Below are positions 30,625 to 40,750 of a DNA stretch of 64,000 nucleotides, piece by piece. Each line of letters opens with the position of its first letter. The stretch's first letter is position 1. The notes beneath the pieces are model-generated. The model did no database searches. It saw only the letters and a program-made list of their open reading frames with translations, and was not told the DNA's origin. The translations under genes were made by a program, and so were the position numbers. Source of the stretch: Cyanobacteriota bacterium (lineage in GTDB: Bacteria; Cyanobacteriota; Cyanobacteriia; Thermostichales; Thermostichaceae); assembly GCA_033764955.1 (NCBI GenBank), contig JANRIL010000028.1, positions 1-64,000 on the forward strand, written 5' to 3'.

Positions 30625-32016
30625 TCACGCCCGTTCAAAATAGCGGGCACGCTCCCAACTGGTCACCACCTGATCAAATTTGTGTTGCTCGGTGCGGAAG
30701 AAATGCAGGTAATGCTCGATCACAGCTTCCCCAAACACCTGCCTTGCCCAGCTACTTTTTTCCATCTCCTGAATCGCTTCCGGCAGGCTGTGGGGGACAT
30801 GCGCTAGCTCCTGAGCGGCATAGACATCCCCCTCAAACATACCGGGTGGTTCGATGTGGTTGAGAATGCCATCCAAACCTGCTGCTAAGGTTGCTGCAAA
30901 ACCCAGATAAGGGTTGGCATCCGCGCCGGGGGCACGACATTCAATCCGCAAACTGGATCCATGTCCCACCACCCGAAATCCCGCCGTGCGATTGTCATAG
31001 GACCAGGCAATGCCGGTTGGGGCAAAGGATCCCGCCACGTAGCGTTTGTAGGAAGCAGGATAGGGAGCATAGAAGGGGAAAATCTCCCGGATATGGGTCA
31101 TCCATCCCCCCAAAAACCAGCGAAAGAGGGGACTGCAATGGATCGATCCCAAAGACTCTTCCCCAGGAAAGAGGGAGCGTTCCCCACGGGGATCCCAAAG
31201 GCTGGCGTGCAGGTGCATACTAGATCCAGCATAGCGCTCATCCCATTTCGCCATGAAGGTGATGGCGGTTTGGCGCTGCCAAGCAATTTCTTTCGCGGCG
31301 TGTTTATAGAGAACATGGCGGTCGGCCATCTCCAAGAAAGGCGCATAGCGCAGGTTGATCTCCTGCTGCCCTGGCCCCCACTCTCCCTTAGAAAATTCCA
31401 CAGGGATCCCTGACCGTTGCAGGTGGTGGCGGATGGCTCCGATCACAAACTCTTCTTTGGTTCCCTGCAAAATGTGATAGTCCTCGATATAGTCGCCAAT
31501 GGGTTCGGGATCCACATATTTTTTGCGGCGGACTCGCTCCAGTGACTCGGCAAACACATAGAGTTCCAACTCAGAGGCTCCCATTGGCAAATAGCCCAGC
31601 TCGGCAGCTTTTTGGATCTGTTTTTTTAGGATGGTGCGGGGAGCCACCTCGATCAACCAGTCCTCTTCTTCGTTATAAAGATCACAGAGGACAATCGCCG
31701 TTTTATCCAGCCAGGAGGCCGTGCGGAGGGTAGTCAGATCCGGCATCATCCGCATATCACCGTAGCCACTCGCCCAACTGGTGAAGGCATAGCCCGGAAC
31801 GGGATCCATCTCCATATCGCAGGCCAGCAAATAATCACAGGCATGGACGCCATGGCCCAAAACGTCGCTGACAAAATAATCTCCGATGATCCGTTTGCCC
31901 ATCAGTCGTCCATACAAATCAGGAAAAACTGTTAGCACCGTTTCAATTTGTTCGTTAGCGATGAGCGTTTTCAGGGTATCGACATCTAACATGCCGCGAA
32001 CGGAAGGAGCATTCAT
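30625..32016 (-). CDS. Glutamine synthetase-like gamma-glutamyl-amine ligase (PuuA/GlnA4-like)
   Basis: DLYGRLMGKR, ASELE, GEWGPGQQEIN, FMAK, GSSMHLH.SL, DNRTAGFR, RIECR.PGADANPY. Confidence 0.88.
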   Translation of the reverse strand: MNAPSVRGMLDVDTLKTLIANEQIETVLTVFPDLYGRLMGKRIIGDYFVSDVLGHGVHACDYLLACDMEMDPVPGYAFTSWASGYGDMRMMPDLTTLRTASWLDKTAIVLCDLYNEEEDWLIEVAPRTILKKQIQKAAELGYLPMGASELELYVFAESLERVRRKKYVDPEPIGDYIEDYHILQGTKEEFVIGAIRHHLQRSGIPVEFSKGEWGPGQQEINLRYAPFLEMADRHVLYKHAAKEIAWQRQTAITFMAKWDERYAGSSMHLHASLWDPRGERSLFPGEESLGSIHCSPLFRWFLGGWMTHIREIFPFYAPYPASYKRYVAGSFAPTGIAWSYDNRTAGFRVVGHGSSLRIECRAPGADANPYLGFAATLAAGLDGILNHIEPPGMFEGDVYAAQELAHVPHSLPEAIQEMEKSSWARQVFGEAVIEHYLHFFRTEQHKFDQVVTSWERARYFERA

Positions 32017-32044
32017 GATGTTTTTGTTATTGGGTTAGAGGTGG

Positions 32045-33487
32045 TTAGCTCTGCGTTGAGATAAAAACACTTTTCCATTCGCTGTAGTGATCCAAAACGG
32101 GCAAGCCTAGCTCCCGTCCCAAACCACTTTGCTTGACACCGCCAAAGGGAGCCTCTAGATGCACGCTATGTCCGGTGTTGATGGACAAAACCCCCGTTTC
32201 GATAGCCCGCGCTACCCGCAGGGCACGCCCGATATCCTGCGTCCAAATCGAGCCGGAAAGGCCATAGAGGCTGTGGTTGGCAATCGCAATCGCCTCCGCT
32301 TCGCTGGCAAAAGGAATCGCACAGACGACCGGCCCAAAGATCTCCTCCTGAGCAATCCGCATCTGTGGATCCACCTCGGCAAAGATAGCGGGACGCAAGT
32401 AGGCTCCGCCCGCCAACGCCGGATCGAGAGGGGGATCCCCACCGCAGACCAGGCGTGCCCCCTCCTGCACCCCCAGCCGCAGATAGCCCTGCACCCGTTG
32501 CCGATGATTGAGGGACACTAGGGATCCCAACTCGGTTGCTTCGGCGAGGGGATGACCCAGTTTGAGGGCTTGGAATTGAACGGCCAGCCGCTCCACAAAT
32601 TCCTCGTAAAGGGGTTGCTCAATCAACAACCGGCTGCGGGCGCAACAATCCTGTCCGGCATTGCCCAAAACACTGTTCATGGCCGCCGGCACAGCTTTTT
32701 CGAGGTTGGCATCGGCAAAGATCAGATTGGCGGACTTGCCCCCCAACTCCAGCGTTACCCGCTTGATGTCCGCCGCCGCCACCCCCATGACATGGGATCC
32801 CATCTGGGTGGATCCGGTGAAGGAGATTTTTCGCACCAGGGGATGCCGCACCAGTGCTTCTCCCGCCGTCCCGCCGGATCCCGGCACTACATTCAAGACG
32901 CCGGGGGGAATGCCAGCTTGGAGGGCTAACTCCCCTAAGCGCAGCGCCGTCAAGGGAGTTAGCGAAGCGGGTTTGAGTACCACCGTGTTACCCATGGCTA
33001 AAGCGGGAGCCAGCTTCCAGGCGGTGATGGCAATGGGAAAATTCCAAGGGGCAATCAGTCCACAGACCCCCAGAGGTTCCCGAAAGGTCATACTAATCCC
33101 GCTAGCCGCCACCGGAATCGTTTGTCCTCCCACCTTATCAATTGCTCCGGCATAGTATTGGAAGCAATCCGCCGCCAATTGCACCTCTTCGCGAGCCTCT
33201 CGAATCGGTTTGCCCACATTACGGCTTTCTAGCTGTGCCAGCTCCTCCACCTCCTGGCGGATCCGGGAAGCCAGATCCAGCAAAATCTGGGATCGGCGAC
33301 GGCTGTTCAAGGAGCGCCAGGATCCCTCTCGAAAGGCGTGATCGGCAGCCTGCACCGCCACCTCCATATCTTCGGCTCCACCAGAGGCTACCGTGATCCA
33401 GACTTGCCCAGTGGCGGGATCCACCAGATCCGTCGTAGCGCCTGTGACCGAGCCGAGCTGCTTGCCTCCGATCCACAATCCTTCCAT
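32045..33487 (-). CDS. NAD(P)-dependent aldehyde dehydrogenase
   Basis: PWNFP, FTGST, LELGGKS, NAGQDCCA, EEIFGPV, PFGGVKQSG. Confidence 0.93.
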   Translation of the reverse strand: MEGLWIGGKQLGSVTGATTDLVDPATGQVWITVASGGAEDMEVAVQAADHAFREGSWRSLNSRRRSQILLDLASRIRQEVEELAQLESRNVGKPIREAREEVQLAADCFQYYAGAIDKVGGQTIPVAASGISMTFREPLGVCGLIAPWNFPIAITAWKLAPALAMGNTVVLKPASLTPLTALRLGELALQAGIPPGVLNVVPGSGGTAGEALVRHPLVRKISFTGSTQMGSHVMGVAAADIKRVTLELGGKSANLIFADANLEKAVPAAMNSVLGNAGQDCCARSRLLIEQPLYEEFVERLAVQFQALKLGHPLAEATELGSLVSLNHRQRVQGYLRLGVQEGARLVCGGDPPLDPALAGGAYLRPAIFAEVDPQMRIAQEEIFGPVVCAIPFASEAEAIAIANHSLYGLSGSIWTQDIGRALRVARAIETGVLSINTGHSVHLEAPFGGVKQSGLGRELGLPVLDHYSEWKSVFISTQS

Positions 33488-33516
33488 ATAACAACCCTTA
33501 ATCCCTTTGTCTCAGG

Positions 33517-35043
33517 CTATTTGCTCATGGGCATTTCGCCGGGATGCTCAATTTCATGCATCGCCGAAGCCACCAGGGCGCTTTCCTCTTCGGGGGCTTG
33601 CGCCACCAGTCGCTTGCTGCTGTAGAAGACGAAGTAAAGGATACTAACCAGCAAAAAGGCCACACATCCATAAACTCCAGGGCGATAGGATTCCACCGCG
33701 AAGCAAGATATCAAAGCAATCACCGCCAAAATTGCCCCCACCACTGCCCCCGGGATCCCGACCGGACTGACATAGGGACGGGGCATCTGCGGACGCTTCA
33801 TCCGTAGGGCAATAAAGCTCAAGAAATTGAGGGTATAGGTAATTAAGGCTCCAAACACTGCCATATTCAGGAGTGCTGCTCCCACACTCCCCGGCAGCAA
33901 ACTAATTAACAACGCACAGCCAAAGGCCACCACTCCCCCCAAAATCAGCGCCACATGGGGGGTCTGAAAACGGCTGGTCAAGGAAATCCAACGGGGGAAA
34001 TAGCCCGCCCGCGACAGGGCAAACAAGACCCGCCCGTAGGCATAGATAATGGTGTGAAAGCTAGCAATCAACCCCGTCAAGGCAATCAACGTTAAGGCTA
34101 CAGAAGCAAAACCGGATCCCAACACTGCTGTAAAGCCAGCTTCCAAAGGAGACAGCGAAGCCCCAATAGCGGCGGCTCCCCGCAGCACTTCCCCGGTTTC
34201 CTCCACCGTCACCTCCGCCGGGATCCCAGAGTTAAAGACCAACACCAATAACGACAACCCCAACAGGGTAAAGATGCCTGTCACCATCGCTTTGGGAATA
34301 TCCCGCGAGACGTCATGGGCTTCTTCTCCCGCCAACGGCAACTGCTCGATCGCCAGATAAAACCAGATGGCAAAGGGCAAAGCCGCCAACACCCCTCCCC
34401 ATCCCTTCGGCAGCCAGGTGGCAGATTGCCCCGGATCTGGCTCAATCGTAAACAAAAGGGCAGGATCAAATTTGCCACTGCCCAGTGTCACCAAGACAAA
34501 AACCCCCAGTACCACCATCGCCATGACAGTGATGACCAGACCAAACTTGAGGGTGAGTTCTACCCCTAAAATATTAATGGTGACAAACACCACATAGGCC
34601 AATAGCCACCACACCCAGACGGGCACACCAGGAATGAGAGCCTGCATATAGCCCCCAATTCCCACCACTACCACAGCGGTAGTCACCACATACTCGATGA
34701 CATCCGTGACGCCGTTAATGTAGCCCCCCAAGGGTCCAAAAGCGTTGCGGGTAAAGGAATAGGATCCCCCAGCATGGGGCAGCGCCGCCGACATCTCCGC
34801 CATGCTAAACACCAAGCAGAGATACATGATTGCCATCAGCACCGTCGCAATGGTTAATCCCCAAAAACCACCCGCCGCCAGCCCAAAATTCCATCCAAAA
34901 AAATCCCCGGAGATAACTGCCCCAACGCCCAATGCCCACAGGAGCACCCAGCCAGCCCCCCGCCGTAATTGTCGTTTTTGCAGATACTCACTATCGACAT
35001 CTTCGTAGCGAGCCATTCCGACCGATTTGGGTTGTTCAGACAT
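33517..35043 (-). CDS. eat: Ethanolamine permease (APC superfamily, Eat-like)
   Basis: LWALGVGAVISGDFFGWNFGL, AEMSAALPHAGG, FAIWFYLAIE, LIASFH.IIYAYGR; ATG 35043. Confidence 0.8.
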   Translation of the reverse strand: MSEQPKSVGMARYEDVDSEYLQKRQLRRGAGWVLLWALGVGAVISGDFFGWNFGLAAGGFWGLTIATVLMAIMYLCLVFSMAEMSAALPHAGGSYSFTRNAFGPLGGYINGVTDVIEYVVTTAVVVVGIGGYMQALIPGVPVWVWWLLAYVVFVTINILGVELTLKFGLVITVMAMVVLGVFVLVTLGSGKFDPALLFTIEPDPGQSATWLPKGWGGVLAALPFAIWFYLAIEQLPLAGEEAHDVSRDIPKAMVTGIFTLLGLSLLVLVFNSGIPAEVTVEETGEVLRGAAAIGASLSPLEAGFTAVLGSGFASVALTLIALTGLIASFHTIIYAYGRVLFALSRAGYFPRWISLTSRFQTPHVALILGGVVAFGCALLISLLPGSVGAALLNMAVFGALITYTLNFLSFIALRMKRPQMPRPYVSPVGIPGAVVGAILAVIALISCFAVESYRPGVYGCVAFLLVSILYFVFYSSKRLVAQAPEEESALVASAMHEIEHPGEMPMSK

Positions 35044-35655
35044 GAGCCTTAGCCTCTCAACGATTAGGTTATACCAAGCATCGGGATCCCGTAGGATCTT
35101 CAAGACTTTCTGAGACGAAACAAACAGCAGGGACTTCCTTCGCTACCAGAATTAGAGTTAGACAGTGCTTATATTTAATGTTTAGTAGCTAACCAAATTT
35201 ACCCGAAGGAATGGATTGTGGCTGAGGCAACTATCAATTCTTTTGGAATCTTTCAGGATCAATGGGTGGATCCAGATGGATCCCTAACAAAACCAAAACC
35301 TAAACTTGCCCAATCCGCAAATTTACGCATACTTCTCCAGGATTTATCGGCTCTGGATGAATGGATATCTTGAGGTGGGGTATGACACTGCTGAGAGAGT
35401 CCCCTTGGGAGAGAGAAATTGAGGAAAGTGAGATCCGGATTGGTAAACAAGAAGGGATCCTACTGGGGAAACAGCGCGGATACACTAGCTCAGGCTCACC
35501 TGGATCATTGTGACCCTTAACCCCCACGACTCATTCACCAAGCGCTATCGGATTGGCTAGGAGGAAGAGCGGGAACTGCTTAAGGATCCCTCACTTCTGG
35601 CCGAGGAGAAAGGATATGCTAAATGATCGCAAAAATCATCGGGACAAAAAACCTC

Positions 35656-36429
35656 ATGCGACTCAAGGAGAAAGTAGCTCTGATCACGGGAGCAGGTAGT
35701 GGGATTGGACGGGAGACAGCCCTCCTCTTTGCCCGTGAGGGATCCCGTGTGGTGGTGGTGGATGTCAACGATGGGGCTGGACAAGAGACGGTAGCGCAGA
35801 TCCACGCAGAGGGGGGCGAAGCCGTCTACGTTCATGCGGATGTGGGGGTGGCGCAAGCGTGTCAACGGATGATTGCCATCGCTGAGGAGCAGTTTGGCCA
35901 GTTGAATGTTTTGTTTAACAATGCTGGCATTATGCACAGCCAGGATGACGATGCGGTTTCCACTTCGGAAGCCGTTTGGGATCTCACCCTCACCATCAAC
36001 CTGAAGGGGGTATTCCTGGGCTGCAAATATGGGATCCCGGCTTTGCGACGGGCTGGAGGGGGATCCATCATCAATACAGCCTCTTTTGTGGCCATTATGG
36101 GGGCAGCTACTCCTCAGGTGGCCTATACCGCTAGTAAGGGGGGGGTGTTGGCCCTCACCCGCGAATTGGCGATCATTCATGCCCGTGAAAATATCCGTGT
36201 CAATGCCCTCTGTCCGGGGCCATTGCGAACCGAACTGTTGATGAAATTCCTCGACACGGAGGAGAAACAGCAACGACGCTTAGTGCATATTCCGATGGGG
36301 CGCTTTGGGGAAGCCCGCGAAATTGCTCAAGCCGCTCTGTTTTTAGCCTCCGATGAGTCGTCGTTTATAACCGGAACGGACTTTTTGGTAGATGGCGGCA
36401 TTACCTCCGCCTATGTAACTCCTCTCTAG
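35656..36429 (+). CDS. Short-chain dehydrogenase/reductase
   Basis: TGAGSGIG, NNAG, YTASKG, VDGG; D after beta-2 suggests NAD preference. Confidence 0.92.
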   Translation: MRLKEKVALITGAGSGIGRETALLFAREGSRVVVVDVNDGAGQETVAQIHAEGGEAVYVHADVGVAQACQRMIAIAEEQFGQLNVLFNNAGIMHSQDDDAVSTSEAVWDLTLTINLKGVFLGCKYGIPALRRAGGGSIINTASFVAIMGAATPQVAYTASKGGVLALTRELAIIHARENIRVNALCPGPLRTELLMKFLDTEEKQQRRLVHIPMGRFGEAREIAQAALFLASDESSFITGTDFLVDGGITSAYVTPL

Positions 36430-36437
36430 GGGCTTGG

Positions 36438-37913
36438 TTAGGCTAGGGGAAATGACAATCCACCCGATGAATTAGTAGGTGAGGGATTACCCCCCGATGT
36501 GGCAGCCTCCGCCGATTCTTGGTGCAACTGATAGAGCTTTTTGAGGGCCTCTTGGGAGCGCTGATAATAGGCTTGTAGACCCTGTTGCAGAAACAAATCG
36601 GTGGCTTTTTGGGTGTCTACTATCGCCTGTTGGAGGTAGCCCATACTCTGTAAGGCTAGGCCACGATTGCCATAGGCTAGGGCAAAGTCGGGTTTAGTGG
36701 CAATGGCTTGACTGTAGTGTTCGATAGCGGCGCGGGGATTGCCTACGTCCACATAAATATTGCCTAGGTTGTAATGGGCTTCGGCATATTGGGGATTGTG
36801 GGTGAGAGCCTGCTGATAATCTTGCAAAGCGGCATTAATGTTGCCTTGACGGGCGTAGGCCAATCCACGATTGTTATAGGCTTCGGCATAATCCGGCTTG
36901 AGCTTGATGGCCTGCTGATAGTCGCGCAGGGCGCGATCCAGTTCTTCCATCTTAGCGTAGGCCACTCCTCGGTGATTGTAGGCTTCGGCCAGAGTGGGAT
37001 CTAAGCGCAACGCCCGCTCCCAGTCATCGAGGGCAGCCCCTATATTGGCCTGCCGATAATGAATCAATCCCCGCCGATGATAGGCCAAGGCAAATTTAGG
37101 ATCGAGCCGCAACGCTTGTGATTGATCGGCAATGGCTTTCGACCACTCTGAGGTTTCCCCGTAGGCTAATCCCCGTTCACTATAGGCGGTGATCAGCTTA
37201 GGGTTGAGGCGGAGGGCTTGGGTATAGTCTCCAATCGCTCCCTCCTGATCCCCTACTTCTAGGCGGAGGCGGGCACGGTGGCAGTAGAGATTAGGGTTAT
37301 CGCTATCTAGGCGCAGGGCATAGTTACAGTCTTGCAGGGATCCCCGTAAATCCCCCTGTTGCTGTCGCAGTTGAGAGCGCCCTTGATACGCCTCGGCATC
37401 GTTGGGGTTGATGGAAAGAGCTTGGGTATAGTCAGTGAAGGCTGCAGGATAATTGTTGAGGTGGCGGTAAAGGGTGGCGCGATGGCGATAGGCTTCCGCC
37501 AGTTGCGGAGAGAGGGTGATAGCCTGCGTGAGATCGGCTAAAGCCAGTTGCGGATTCTCCAGGTGACGATAGGCCAGACCCCGACTCATACAGGATCGGG
37601 CGTCCTTAGGGTTGAGCCAAAGTACCTGAGTGAAATCTTCAACAGCCGCCTGAAAATTGCCGAGGGTGAGGCGTAGGGATCCCCGACTAAAGTAGGCATC
37701 CCCATAACGGGGGTTAGCGCGAATCGCTTGGCTCCAGTCTTCTAGGGCGGCTTTGTGATCCCCTAAAACTAACCGCACTTGTCCGCGGCTATAGTAGGCG
37801 GCAGCAAAGTTTTTATCCAGACGAAGGGCTTGATTAAAATCTTGCAATGCCCCCTTTGGATCCCTGGCCTCTGCTTTGGCTAAACCCCGCTCGTAGTGAG
37901 CAACTGCGTCCAT
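36438..37913 (-). CDS. Tetratricopeptide repeat protein
   Basis: About 13 consecutive 34-aa TPR units (AY..RG...A..D..QA..L.P). Confidence 0.93.
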   Translation of the reverse strand: MDAVAHYERGLAKAEARDPKGALQDFNQALRLDKNFAAAYYSRGQVRLVLGDHKAALEDWSQAIRANPRYGDAYFSRGSLRLTLGNFQAAVEDFTQVLWLNPKDARSCMSRGLAYRHLENPQLALADLTQAITLSPQLAEAYRHRATLYRHLNNYPAAFTDYTQALSINPNDAEAYQGRSQLRQQQGDLRGSLQDCNYALRLDSDNPNLYCHRARLRLEVGDQEGAIGDYTQALRLNPKLITAYSERGLAYGETSEWSKAIADQSQALRLDPKFALAYHRRGLIHYRQANIGAALDDWERALRLDPTLAEAYNHRGVAYAKMEELDRALRDYQQAIKLKPDYAEAYNNRGLAYARQGNINAALQDYQQALTHNPQYAEAHYNLGNIYVDVGNPRAAIEHYSQAIATKPDFALAYGNRGLALQSMGYLQQAIVDTQKATDLFLQQGLQAYYQRSQEALKKLYQLHQESAEAATSGGNPSPTNSSGGLSFPLA

Positions 37914-38202
37914 ACCTAACCCCCTAGCACGATCAAAATATACTGATGAATATATTGAGACTTACATTTTAAGGCTTTAGATTATTTCCGAAGGATCCCT
38001 AACAACAGTAGTTTTCACTACCGATCAAACAAATCAACTATAGAGACAGCAAAATCCTATCTGAGAGGGGGCCAATTTTTAGAGAGCAAATTTACAGAAA
38101 TGGTTTGGGTGGCGGCGCAGAGAGGTGTGGGTGGTTGTGCGGGATCCCTAACGGTGAAGATATCCTGATCTCGGTAATCCCCCAGTTCATTAGGATCTCT
38201 AG

Positions 38203-38664
38203 ATGTTGTCTACTTTACAGAATCTACCTTTTCCGATTATTCCCCTCTGGGCAGTGGCCATCGCCATCCTTTTAATTTATGTGCCGATGGTGTGGGTTGC
38301 TTGGGAGCGATTTCGCCTGGGCTATAACTTGAGTGCCCCCCGCACTATGTTTGACCAACTGCCCCCTTATGCTCAACGGGCATTCTGGGCACACCAAAAT
38401 GCCGTCGAAACCTTTGCTCCGTTTGCGGCAGCGGCAGTGATCGCCTTTGTCACGGGGCCTCACCCCCAACTGGCGTGGGGACAACTGGGGGGAGATGTCT
38501 GGATTGCCGGACTGAGTGGGGGCTTTTTGCTGGCTCGGCTCGGACATAGCCTGTTTTATATGATCGATTGGCCCTATGCCCGTTCTTTTAGTTTTTTGCT
38601 GGGGGGAATTTGCACAGCAGGGATCCTCTGGATTAGCCTGAGGGAATGGATCCCTTGGGCTTGA
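38203..38664 (+). CDS. MAPEG family membrane protein
   Basis: RAFWAHQNAVETF, ARLGHSLFY. Confidence 0.85.
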   Translation: MLSTLQNLPFPIIPLWAVAIAILLIYVPMVWVAWERFRLGYNLSAPRTMFDQLPPYAQRAFWAHQNAVETFAPFAAAAVIAFVTGPHPQLAWGQLGGDVWIAGLSGGFLLARLGHSLFYMIDWPYARSFSFLLGGICTAGILWISLREWIPWA

Positions 38665-38734
38665 GAAGCCTTGTCAATCCCCGTCAGAGTCTTGCCGCCT
38701 GCTATTTTATCCAGCGATCTTTCATAGGAGACTT

Positions 38735-39274
38735 GTGGAGAAACGGATGCCACGCCCCATCTGTCAGCTAGGGGATCCCATCCTCACCCAACCTGCCACC
38801 CCGATTACGGATGTCGGAGATCCGGAGGTGCAACGGCTGATCGCAGATTTGTTGGAGACGATGCAGGAGGCTGAGGGAGTGGGGATTGCGGCTCCGCAGG
38901 TGGGGGTCGGCTTACAACTGCTGATTGTGGCTTCCCGTCCCAACCCCCGCTACCCGACGGCTCCCCAGATGGATCCCTTGCCCATGATCAACCCCCGTTT
39001 GCTGGCGGCTTCGCCAGAACAGGAGTGGGGCTGGGAAGGCTGTTTGAGTGTGCCTAATCAGCGGGGTTGGCTGGCGCGTGCCCAGTCGGTGGTGGTGGAC
39101 TATACGACCCTCACCGGAGAATCGGCTAGGGTAGAGTGGCAAGGATTCGTGGCGCGTATTTTTCAGCATGAGTATGACCACTTGCAGGGTTATGTCTTTT
39201 TGCAACGGGATCCCGGTCAACTGCTCAGCGAAGCTGACTATCAACAGCAGGTTTTGGGGGTGGTGAAATCCTAA
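38735..39274 (+). CDS. def: Peptide deformylase
   Basis: GVGIAAPQVG, EGCLS, QHEYDHL. Confidence 0.96.
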   Translation: MEKRMPRPICQLGDPILTQPATPITDVGDPEVQRLIADLLETMQEAEGVGIAAPQVGVGLQLLIVASRPNPRYPTAPQMDPLPMINPRLLAASPEQEWGWEGCLSVPNQRGWLARAQSVVVDYTTLTGESARVEWQGFVARIFQHEYDHLQGYVFLQRDPGQLLSEADYQQQVLGVVKS

Positions 39275-39331
39275 GTTCATTGGATGCAGTCCCATCTCCC
39301 GTTGCCGTCTTGTCCTCATTTCTCTTTTTGT

Positions 39332-39817
39332 ATGAGCTACACCATCATTTATGACGGCACCTGTAATCTCTGCTCCAATCTGGTGCAGTTTTTAGAAACC
39401 ATTGACCGGGGGCAACGTTTTGTCTACGTGCCGATGCAGGATGAGCAAGCCCTAGTTCAGTGGCAGATCACCGCCGCCGATTGTCAACTGGGCATGATCG
39501 TGATCAACAATCAACAGCCCCAACAACGCTGGCAGGGCAGTGCGGCAGTAGAAACCATCGCCCGTCAACTGCCCGTCGGGGATCTGGTAATGGCCGCCTA
39601 TCGTGGGATCCCTGGGCTGAAATATTGGGGAGACAAAGGCTATGAACAGGTGCGTGACCACCGCTATGATTGGTTTGGTCGCCGTTCCCAGGTTTATCAG
39701 TCCAACTATCCAGCCCCGATGGACTGTGCTGAAAATACCTGTAGCACCGCAACTTTTGCCCCTCCCGCTCCTGAGTCTCTTTCTTCTGTCCCTCCCGAAT
39801 GTCCTACACCCTCCTAG
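39332..39817 (+). CDS. DCC family thiol-disulfide oxidoreductase
   Basis: YDGTCNLC motif, RY.WFG. Confidence 0.85.
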   Translation: MSYTIIYDGTCNLCSNLVQFLETIDRGQRFVYVPMQDEQALVQWQITAADCQLGMIVINNQQPQQRWQGSAAVETIARQLPVGDLVMAAYRGIPGLKYWGDKGYEQVRDHRYDWFGRRSQVYQSNYPAPMDCAENTCSTATFAPPAPESLSSVPPECPTPS

Positions 39818-40719
39818 TGGTCGGTAGCCTCAATATGGATCTGGTGGTTCCTGTAGATCACCATCCCACCCCCGGAGAGACGGTGCTTGGATCCGATCTC
39901 CAAATGTATGCGGGGGGCAAAGGAGCCAATCAAGCGGTGGCGGCGGCTCTGGCGGGAGGAAAAGTTAGCCTGCTGGGCTGTCTGGGTGAGGATGATTTTG
40001 GTCAGCGCCTTCAGGCCAATTTAATAGCGCAGGGGGTCAACACAGCCCACCTCTTCACCACCGGCATCCCGACGGGAGTGGCGCTGATCACTGTGGATCG
40101 GCGGGGGGAAAACATGATTGTGGTCAGCCCTGGTGCCAATCACCATCTCACCCCCGATCGGTTTTCCCTTGACTACCTGGAGGGAGTGGGGTTGGTGATG
40201 CTGCAACTGGAAATTCCTCTGTCTACGGTTGAGGCGGTGGTGAAAGCAGCCCAGGCTCGTCAGATCCCCCTCCTGCTCAACCCCGCCCCCGTCCAACCCC
40301 TCTCAGCGACTTTGCTCAGCCAGATTGACTATTTAGTGCTCAATGAGTCGGAGGCGGCGTTTTTGGGAGGGCAACCCGTCACTAGTCCAGCCACAGCTCT
40401 ACAGGTGGCCAAAAGATTACGGCAATTGGGATCCCGAACGGTCATTATTACCCTGGGGGGAGCGGGTCTCGTCTGGCAAACGTCCTCCGATCAAGGTTAT
40501 TTGGCGGCTCACCCGGTGGAGGTGGTAGACACCACGGCGGCGGGAGACAGCTTTTGTGGGGCTTTCGCCGTTAGCCTCCTAGAAGGCCACCCACTTCATC
40601 AAGCCCTTGCCTTTGCCAACGCTGCCGCCGCCCTCACCGTCACCCAAAAGGGATCCCAACCCAGCTTGCCCCACCGTCAGCAGATCGATGATTTTCTCGC
40701 CGATCCGGCAGATTATTGA
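39799..40719 (+). CDS. rbsK: Ribokinase
   Basis: GSLNMD, GGKGANQA, LNPAP, NESE, DTTAAGDSF. Confidence 0.9.
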   Translation: MSYTLLVVGSLNMDLVVPVDHHPTPGETVLGSDLQMYAGGKGANQAVAAALAGGKVSLLGCLGEDDFGQRLQANLIAQGVNTAHLFTTGIPTGVALITVDRRGENMIVVSPGANHHLTPDRFSLDYLEGVGLVMLQLEIPLSTVEAVVKAAQARQIPLLLNPAPVQPLSATLLSQIDYLVLNESEAAFLGGQPVTSPATALQVAKRLRQLGSRTVIITLGGAGLVWQTSSDQGYLAAHPVEVVDTTAAGDSFCGAFAVSLLEGHPLHQALAFANAAAALTVTQKGSQPSLPHRQQIDDFLADPADY

Positions 40720-40750
40720 CCGCCGGACAACTCCTCCCAACGGTCTCCCC

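Noticed and set aside
30625..32016. Canonical glutamine synthetase glnA
   Set aside because: Lacks typical GSI motifs such as FDGSS, and its context indicates a gamma-glutamyl-amine ligase
36438..37913. Periodic sequence as possible CRISPR or repeat array
   Set aside because: Periodicity is protein-level TPR repeats; no identical DNA repeats with spacers
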